Shown here: positions 55,306-64,000 of the stretch, piece after piece
Layout of the letters: each line of letters opens with the position of its first letter
Numbering within the stretch: position 1 is the stretch's first letter
Source of the DNA: Eledone cirrhosa
Lineage: Eukaryota
Assembly (NCBI GenBank): GCA_964016885.1
Contig: OZ024747.1
Span: 81,468,001-81,532,000 of the forward strand
Reading direction: 5' to 3'
Length of the DNA stretch: 64,000 nucleotides
Translations under genes and position numbers: made by a program
Notes under the pieces: model-generated
Databases searched by the model: none
The model's input: the letters and a program-made list of their open reading frames with translations, nothing else
Told to the model about the DNA's origin: nothing

Positions 55306-56120
55306 GTATGTATGTATGTATGTATTATGTGTGTATGTATGTATGTGCATATGTATGCATGCATGTATGTTTAAACTATTTATGATTGTATGTATACATG
55401 CAATTACAGAATGATAGACATTGATATTGTGAGAGAGATGAACTGATAAAATATGGATATTGCTGTCCTGGCCCCAGGTCAGCCCTGATGCTACAGATCT
55501 ATGATTTAAAAATTCCAGATGTCTTGTGCAAAACCTGTCCAAAGATGATAATAATTTCTTTATTAATAATAATGATTTTGTTGACATACAGTAGTGACAT
55601 TGAGCTGATCAAACAGTTCAAGAACAGTTATTTCTAGTCATAACATTGAAGGTTAGATTACAGTTCTTCTCAATTATGGCTAGATCAGCTAACCTTTCTG
55701 TCACTCACCATAAAGTAAAATAAGAAACAGACAACTATTGAAGTGGAAATTATTGTAAGAAAGACAATGAAATAATTAAGGGTTTCTTGTAAGATTTTGT
55801 CAGTTCATGGCCAATAGTAGTTTTAGGCAATAAAACTGTGACAGAACAGTACCATACACAGTGTTTGTCACTTTCTTATTTCTGTATATAATCATAATGC
55901 AGCATATTTCCATGGATATCACTATCAATAGCATTTAAATGAGGGTTGCAGGATCTTTTCCTCTATGGGACTAAATAACTTTGGATGACTCTATTATAAT
56001 CTAAAATGTATAATTCTATTTGTCATTCATAAATGCATACCAACCACACTCACATATCATCATTATCACCATCGTTTAACGTCTATCTTCCACGCTAGCA
56101 TGGGTTTAGACGTATATATA

Positions 56121-56253
56121 TAAAGAAAAGAAATTGAAAATACAACTGGCGTTTTAAGAATATTTATTTACTTTACCTGTTTCACAGATCTTATGATTAT
56201 CAAAAAGTAAAATTGAGGTGGAGGGGTTTGTATTTCTGTTGTGGTGTCGTGTG
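56121..56253 (-). mobile_element. Single-arm copy of the 28773 family
   Basis: Reverse complement tttactt-t-ttgataa-tcataagatctgt-gaaa-cagg-ta-aagtaaa. (TA)n flanks. Confidence 0.7.
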
Positions 56254-56291
<38 letters not shown>

Positions 56292-56300
56292 AAAATGTTT

Positions 56301-56415
56301 AACCCCGACGGCAGAGCTCAAGCCATTTCGACGACTATTTCTGGATTCTATTACCCTAAGTATTGAGTACTCTGGTGTGTTATAGTCCATCTGGTTCCTT
56401 ACCATACCTCCTTCG

Positions 56416-56419
<4 letters not shown>
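56301..56419 (+). mobile_element. Family H copy with one hairpin arm deleted
   Basis: ccccgacggcagagctcaagccatttcgacgacta joined to tail ctattaccctaagtattgagtactctgg...ccttcgttata. (TA)n flanks. Confidence 0.75.
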
Positions 56420-56486
<67 letters not shown>

Positions 56487-56575
56487 TATCTGCTTATGCT
56501 GACTAGATATAGAATGGGAGGTCCAATTCTAAAGAAAACAGTATAATACAACCAAAATAATATTGACTACAGCTA

Positions 56576-56739
56576 TAATTGTTTCTACTTTTGGCACAAG
56601 GCCAGCAATTAACCAGTGCATTACTGGTACTTATTTTATCGACCCCATAAGGATGAAAGGTAAAGTTAACCTCGGCGGGATTTGAACTCAGAATGGCAAG
56701 GGCCATAACTCTATGCATCAAAGCATGGCGTCCGACCCT
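56576..56739 (-). mobile_element. SINE family A copy
   Basis: Family consensus on the reverse strand, 5' truncated at tccgaccct. Confidence 0.9.
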
Positions 56740-57179
56740 GAAGTCAATTCAAATATTGACATGATGTCTATACAAACCTACATACATAGTACATTATTTT
56801 TCTTTTCTAATGTTTTAATCAAATGAGGAAGGGCCTCTGTGATTGCTTGAAAGGAGCTGTCATCAGACTGAAAACCTCACTTGAATGTTTGCAGCAGATT
56901 ATACTCAATTCAAGGCAATATAACACCAGGTGTTAGGTGTGTGTGTTCATGCGTGAACATGTGTATACATAAACAGCTTTATACAATCCCCATTAACGAA
57001 ATTCACTCAGAAGAATGGTTCAGTCGAGGGATATAGTAGAAGACTTGACCAAGATGCTAGGCAGGGGGATAAAACCCAACACCATATTTTACTGCTCTCT
57101 TTATTTTTTTAATCACTAAGTTACAAAACATACACACACACACACACACATATATGTATATATAAATAATGTATATATG

Positions 57180-57331
57180 ATGGGCTTCAGCAATTTCCAT
57201 CTAGCAAATTTCACTCATAAAGCATAGGTTAACCCAAAGCTACAGTAGAAGATACTCACCCAAAATGCTTCACAGGGAGCAAGAACTCAAAACCATGTGG
57301 TTGCAAAGCAAACTCCTCGACCACATAGCCA
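57180..57331 (-). mobile_element. Older degraded tRNA-derived SINE (related copies near 1050-1205 -, 5930-6090 +, 56975-57085 -, 58040-58110 +)
   Basis: Shared motifs aaatttcactcataaagc...gctacagtagaagatact...gaactcaaaaccatgtggttgcaaagcaaactcc...accacatagccat. Confidence 0.6.
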
Positions 57332-58131
57332 TCTATATATATCTATATAAATGATAATTATAACAGTAATGCTGCTAGTCATGAGTTTTCAGTTGATGTA
57401 TTAGTTAAAGAAATGCTGGTGAGCAAACAGTTTAGCAGTAGATGATATACAGATTAGTTGAAATTAGAAGACTGTAGTTATTGGCATAAAATTTTTAAAA
57501 ATTGAATAGCTATTCAAAATGTTAGCCAACAGCAACAGCATCCTCAACAATAACAAGAGCGCTAATGATATCAGCAATAATTGCAAAAGCAAAATAATTG
57601 TAGAGTCATAACAACAACATTATCATGGTTCAGTTAAAATCCCAAACGTGTGTAAATTCTGAGATGTCTGTACATTAGTATATACAGAATTAATTAATTT
57701 TATCCTCTAGGAATTCGTACATAATTTTTCTCAAACAGATAAATATGGATAATCATATATGCACGGGTGAGTAGAAGAATATTTCTATATTTATGACTAA
57801 TTATGTGCACAATATACACTGAAATATACTGTATACATATAATTGTATATACTCACTGACACTTCGAAAATGATAAAATTTACTACATGCATGTACAGAA
57901 ATATTTATAAACATATACAATCAGATTGGTACATATATATATATGCAGGAGAGATTTGAACTCAGTTCTCAGTTATACATATATGCAAATATGGTTAGGT
58001 GCTGAAGGAGTTCGTTTTGCACCCACATATTTTCAGGTTTTATCTCACTGTGTGGCACTTCAGAAAAGCCTCTACTAGCCTTCGATTGACCAATGCTTTG
58101 TGAGTGATATTTGATATATACATATGTGTGT

Positions 58132-58173
<42 letters not shown>

Positions 58174-58377
58174 GAGAAAATTTTCCTTCATCAGTTGTCT
58201 GCTGGGGGTTCTGGATATTTCTACGCATTACAGACAAGATATCTTGTCTTTAATGCGTAGCAATATCCAAGACCCCAGCAGACAACTGATAAAGGAAAAT
58301 TTTCTCCCGTTCATGCTTTCTTCTTATTTATAGGTACACCTTATCAAGCAACTACACAGCCCCTGTTTCTTCTTATA
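58174..58377 (+). mobile_element. Fold-back palindrome (58174-58306) + tail element in (TA)n
   Basis: Arms of about 66 bp with no loop (centre gat|atc at 58240/58241). Contains ctgatga/ctgataa and gaaa fragments. Confidence 0.6.
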
Positions 58378-58381
58378 TATA

Positions 58382-58568
58382 TAATTGTTTCTACTTTTGG
58401 CACAAGGCCAGCAATTACCCAGTGCATTACTGGTACTTTATTTTATCGACCCCGTAAGGATGAAAGGCAAAGTTAACCTCAGCGGGATTTGAACTCAGAC
58501 CATAAAGGGCCGTAAGTCTTTGCTGCAAAGCATGGCGTCCAACCCTCTACCGATACTGCCAATCCAAT
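58382..58568 (-). mobile_element. SINE family A copy
   Basis: Family consensus on the reverse strand. Confidence 0.9.
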
Positions 58569-59250
58569 GAATGAGATTAAGACAAAATATCTGGTAGAGA
58601 ATGTTCAGAAGCCAGAGGGGATTAATAATGTATGTGGGAAGCCGCTAGAGTTGGTTGCCACTAGAGTTGGTTGAGGACTTCCTTTATTTGGGAGCAAAAA
58701 TTGGGAATACGGAAGATGGTGTGGTCGAGAGGAAGAGCAAAGTCTGGGCAGCGTGCCACAGCTTGAGATCGGTGTGGAATTTGGACCTCCGTAAAGACCT
58801 GAAGATCTGCCTCTTCATTGCTGTAGTGGAGTCTGTGCTGCTGTACGGGTCTGAGACTTGGACACTGACCAAGAAACTCACTCAGATGGTGGATGGGTGC
58901 TACACGAGAATGCTGAGGATGGCTCTGAACATTAATCAGTATACACTGAGGATGAAAAACTCAGAGCGGTATGGGAGCCTCCCAAAAGTCAGCTTAAAAG
59001 TGACACAAAGGTGACTGAGGTTAGCCGGACATGCTCACCAACATCCAGAGTTGACATTGCACTCAGTGCTCCTGTGGGATCCCCTGCATGGACACACTGG
59101 AAGAGGAAGACCGAGGTTAAGATATGTTGATGCCCTAAGGACAGACACTGGTCTGTTGGAGATGCAGGATATGGTAGCGATAATGAGGGACAGAAACTGC
59201 TGGAGAGAACTCATCCATGGATCTCGAGAATTTTACCCACCCTAGATATA
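58568..59250 (+). pseudogene. RTE-clade LINE 3' fragment, separate family, disrupted
   Basis: LELVEDFLYLG...VLLYGSETWTLTK...R*LRLAGH...LLWDP...GRGRP...DRNCWR. In-frame TGA at 59012-59014 and a 16-bp tandem duplication near 58641-58672. Confidence 0.88.
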
Positions 59251-61197
59251 TAGATATATATATATATATGAATAGCTCGATTCCTTTCTTTCCTTTGTCC
59301 AGTTTTTTTCTACAAACACATAACCCTCAAATTCCAACTCATACCCTATTGGACCCATTGGTCTCCCTACACATAAGATTTAGCCTTCAATACACATATA
59401 TACGGGTGCATCATATATTCATACATCTGCATCCACAATCATTCTAACACCATATACACCACTCCCCCTACACATTTATATGCATACATGCATATGTACA
59501 TGTGCATACACATATGCACATATACACAACCTCAGGCATCACACATGACTGACATACAAGACCTTATAGCTTTCGATGAGAGTGCATGTGTGCTTGTGTC
59601 ACCTGTACATGTGGCTGTGTTCACATGATACCAAGTGCTAGAGCTGGAGTAACACTGGCATTAAATGTTTCCCAAAATTTACTCTGCTGCCACCATTTCC
59701 TAGTTCTAACACCCTCCACATACACACTGACTCAACTCCACTCTGTAGTTCAGTCATTGGATGTTCTACCACCACATTGTAGTAGTTTCTCTTATAGGCA
59801 TACCGACTAGATAAGACAAGGCTATGATGATGTTGCCTTTTCTCTACAACCACTTGCGACAGTTTCTATTTGTGTGAGAGTGTTTGTATACACAAAATTA
59901 TACATCCATATGTATATCTCCCTGCATCGGTCAGCTGAAGTGCACATGCACACTTACACCTCTAAAATCTTGCAGCAGCCAGTTTTGTCACAGTCCAATG
60001 CACATCCACTCATGGCTTTGCACAGACAAACAAACCAACAAACCAACATGCACACACACACATCCGCTCAAAATTTCCAATGTTTATCTCCCTTCCAAAA
60101 CCTCTCTAATAGGTAAGATACTCTCTGACCATCAATCTCCTAAAATGGCTGACTGAATCCACACGTGCTTTTGCTCCCCCAACATTTTTCCGTTTCTTCC
60201 TCTTCTCACACTCCTCTAGCTTTCTATTTTTCTTTTATTTTCTACTATATCAAGCATTAAACTAATATATATCTTCATTGTACTGTATTGTTATTTTCCA
60301 TTTTCTTTTCCCATGTGTGTGCCTCTCTGTCTGTGTGTGCGTGTGTGCATATAAGTGGAAATAAGTATGTGTGTATGTTTCATTGCGTGCATATGAATAT
60401 ATTCACATAATTTCATGTGTATTTAGGCATACCTAACTAAAAGCAGTGTGTGCATTGTTAACATACTTAATCGATTGGTCAATCAATAAACAGTGGCTGA
60501 AGCCCATAACAAGGACAGCCATAGCCAGATAATTGGTCTAAAGATGTCCTCTCATTCTAATGACCTTTAGTCTTAAGTAGAACTATTTAAGTTCACAATT
60601 AACCTTCAGGTCATGTGAGGGTAAGACCTGAGAGATCCTTTATATGTACTTGGAGAAACGATTTATACCTCCACCTCTACCCTACCCTCTTCAAATCACC
60701 TGAATTGATTATTACTGATTTGTTATTCTTTGTATTAATTGCTGTTGATGTCCTTATTGATCTGTTGTCAAAACTATTTGAGATCTATTTACAGACTTTA
60801 TTGATTTTGCGTATATATTACAACTGTTAGTTTGGTTTAATTTTCAGTTTTAGTTAAATATATGTGAAACTAATAAACAATGAAATAACACTTAACATCT
60901 TTTAGCTGTCTCTCATTTCTGTTATTAATTTGTATTTTCCATTCTTTTGACACCTTTTTTTATGCCAGTGTTGATTGAAAGCAAATTTGCAAACCACAAC
61001 AGTTTAATATATTTTTAACATAAAATCTATGCTAAGTGATTTCTAGAGCAACTCTAGTTATATTTAAAATATCTAACATTTTTGTTACTATATTCCTAAT
61101 GAAAGATGCCTTTCAAATAATTCTGAAAGTAATTAATTATTTGGTGGGATATAATAGTGCAACTAACTAAATCAAGATCATTATTGGAGTGTCATTA

Positions 61198-61429
61198 AAG
61201 AATGATAGAATGCGTAAGGAAGTGCCAAGAAATGCCAGTTGAAGGAAGATGCAGTAGAGGAAGACCACAGAAAACATGGGCGGAGGTGCTGAGAGCAGAC
61301 CTCAGATCACTGAAGCTCACGGTGGAGATGACGAAAGACCGTGACAAGTGGAGAGATGCTGTGCTGAATAGGACCCGTCCCACCCTTGCAAGCAGGGAAA
61401 AGCAGATGTAAAATGATGATGATGATGAT
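61198..61429 (+). mobile_element. RTE LINE 3' end, family with short 3'UTR
   Basis: ORF ...VEGRCSRGRPQKTWAEVLRADLRSLKLTVEMTKDRDKWR... is followed directly by cccgtcccacccttgcaagcagggaaaagcagatgtaaa(atg)n. Confidence 0.9.
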
Positions 61430-62019
61430 AAACCCCTTAAAACAAACAGTTTTGTCCCATAGAGCTAGTGGCAGTTTTAGCTAGTTCTGTACTGAAACGA
61501 TTAAATAATTTACACTATTATTTGAACAATACTTCAAATCAATTACATTTATAGGTGTCATAATGTCTCAGTGAATCAATATAATGTTAGCCTCTTTTCT
61601 GAAGTATTGTAGATTTATACTCTGTCACTGTTGCTATAGTATGTGGTAAGTATAACACATTATTCCACCTTTCCTTTCTTACAAGGCAGATGTAGTACAA
61701 TTAAAAGACAGAATAACTTGACAGTGGAGTCTTATACTAACTATGAATTATAACTTGTTTGATGGTCTAATGCCCTGAGATTGTATCTGCTAATACTATG
61801 ATAGAATAGCATAGAACTTGATTTATAACATTCTCTTATTTGCTTTGTAATTTCTGATAGTGAATAATCTTTTTATTTTATCAATTTCCTGAGTTCACTA
61901 TGCATAGGGTGGATGGCTTCAAATTGGAAATTTAGAAAATATTGGAAACTGTTCTTAACATGGCCTTAAATCTTGTTGTTCCCACTAAAGATACTGCAAA
62001 CATTATTTATATTAAAGAT

Positions 62020-62203
62020 GGCGGTGGATTGGCAGTATCGGTAGAGAGTCGGACGCCATGCTTTCCAGCATAGTTACGTCCCTTTACGATCTGAGTTCAA
62101 ATCCCGCCGAGGTTGACTTTGCCTTTCATCCTTACGGGGTCGATAAAATAAAGTACCAGTAATGCACTGGGTAATTGCTGGCCTTGTGCCTAAAGTAGAA
62201 ACA
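62020..62203 (+). mobile_element. SINE family A, full length, 15-bp TSD
   Basis: Near-identical to 6350-6533. TSD attatttatattaaa at 62002-62016 and 62204-62218. Confidence 0.93.
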
Positions 62204-62689
62204 ATTATTTATATTAAAATTTTGGAGGAAAATTTGTTATCAGACACGATGAAATTTATTTTAATACTAAATTTGGTTGAATAAGTATGGGAATTCAGTG
62301 CAGATGTATGGGTGCCAATCCTAGGGTCTGCAGTTTCATTAGTAACTGTGTTCACCAGAGTTAGAAGGTCCTACAAGTAATATCAATGGAGGTGTCATAT
62401 TTTTATGTAAACATCTTAAGACAAAATTATTGCAGAAGGGAATACCATCGTGATCATTTATTGAAGATAATGTGAATTAATATATTGTATAACTGATTAT
62501 ATGTAGGACCAAATTAGCAGGTCAAGAGGCAAGGCAGCAATACACTACTGTAAGAAGGTCAGGAAGAAAATAAGGAAGCCAAAGAGAAGAGGGTAAAATA
62601 CCAATACAAAAACATCATTACTGGGATAAAAAAGGGCAACAGCAAAGGTAATGAAAACTCAGTAATCCATCATCAGTGTCATTGAGGAC

Positions 62690-62892
62690 AAAACATGGTT
62701 GCTCCTCATAAACGAGACAGTTGTTATCAGAAGTTAATGAAGTGGTGTTCTTGTTCAATGACAGAAGATTTCCAGGAGAGAATAAGATATCAATAGAGCA
62801 CCTAGAACATAAAGGGCCAAAACTCTTCAAGACACTGATAGTTGCCTGCCAGAAGATATGAGAAATGAAGGAGTGGCTAAAAGAATGGACCC
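62690..62892 (+). pseudogene. Old BovB-like RTE fragment (region just upstream of the RT core)
   Basis: LLSEVNEVV...PGENKISIEHLEHKGPKLFKTLIVACQKI*EMKEWLKEWT resembles the RTE pattern EV..A...K.PG.D.I..E......L...CQKIW....WPKEWT. Confidence 0.7.
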
Positions 62893-63078
62893 AATTATTT
62901 CTACTTTTGGCACAAGGCCAGCAATTATCCTAGTGTATTACTGGTACTTTATTTTATTGATCCTGTAAGGATGAAAGGCAAAGTTAACCTCAGCAGGATT
63001 TGAACTCAGACCGTAAAGGGCCCTAACTCGGTGCTGCAAAGCATGGCATCTGACGCTCTACCGATACTGCCAATCCAA
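62893..63078 (-). mobile_element. SINE family A copy
   Basis: Family consensus on the reverse strand. Confidence 0.9.
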
Positions 63079-63642
63079 TATTTTATATATTATAATAAAT
63101 ATTCTGCTTTCTACATTTGCTATTTCTAGATTTGTCTTTGGCAATAATTTGTAACTCATGCTGGAGTATATTATTCAGCTTCTTAAGCATACTTTCAGAA
63201 AAACTTTAACTGAGTTTTTATATAGGATCCTATATCATTTTCAGTGCTTAAGCTATATGCATATAAATCAATTAGCTATTATAGAATACCAAAAAGGAGA
63301 GATACACATGCTCTCTTCAACATTGCTATTACCTTACACTACACTACCATATTGGCACTATATTTGACAATCACATATCATTACTTTGGTTAAGAGTGTC
63401 TGCTATACAACTAACAGCACCAGCCAAATTTATTGGCCAGTTTATTTTATATTTCATATAAGTTCTGTGCAACCTGGCAAGATTATTAATAAATATGTCT
63501 AGCTTGCGTTGATATAATCATGTTAATAAGAAAACCACTTTCTGTGAAAAATAAGAGAAGTAATATTTTTCAACTAAATTTAAGAAAAGTCAATATTACA
63601 TTTAAAAAAAAATCATAAATATATATGTGTGTGTGAGTAAGT

Positions 63643-63731
<89 letters not shown>

Positions 63732-64000
63732 TATTTATTATCTTAGTAAAATGTTTTATTAATATTAGCAATTTATAGATATTATTGCCATTTTCAAGAA
63801 GCACTTCATCTTGTTTTTTTATTGTATTATGTATGTTTGTGTGTGAATGCTTGTGTATATATGTATGTATATTCATTTTTTTGTAGGATTTGTAAGAATT
63901 TATTCAGCATCATTTTCAGATATTGGTTCCGGTTTTGACAGACAACGAAGAACATTTGCTTGTGTCAAGAATTTTCACTACATAGCTTTGTTTCTAAAAC

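Overview
AT-rich, microsatellite-dense eukaryotic (animal) genomic DNA. The repeat inventory is most consistent with a cephalopod such as Octopus (inference). Almost all ORFs in the supplied track are artefacts of (TA)n/(CA)n/(TAT)n tracts. I can support one host exon: a 183-bp phase-1/phase-1 sushi (CCP) domain exon on the minus strand at 10405-10587, resembling LEV-9/Hasp-type proteins, so most of the window is probably intron. The rest consists of RTE-clade LINE remnants (one with an open 1.4-kb RT ORF carrying a PHD finger inside the RT, others with C-terminal C2H2 fingers), two tRNA-derived SINE families, a decayed tRNA-Glu(TTC) gene, hAT/TTAA/Helitron-type non-autonomous DNA elements and a 1.2-kb (GTG)n-ATGTA minisatellite. 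The most notable signal is a set of short (120-370 bp) non-coding elements from several unrelated families, sitting in (TA)n tracts. Many carry minimal type-I hammerhead ribozyme motifs (canonical CUGANGA or compensatory UUGANAA cores, palindromic stem III), and several are fold-back palindromes plus a unique tail, which puts a ribozyme on each strand. They look like non-autonomous Penelope-like pseudo-LTR/retrozyme-type elements with copy-specific hairpin arms. All alignments and folds were done by eye; no search or folding software was run.
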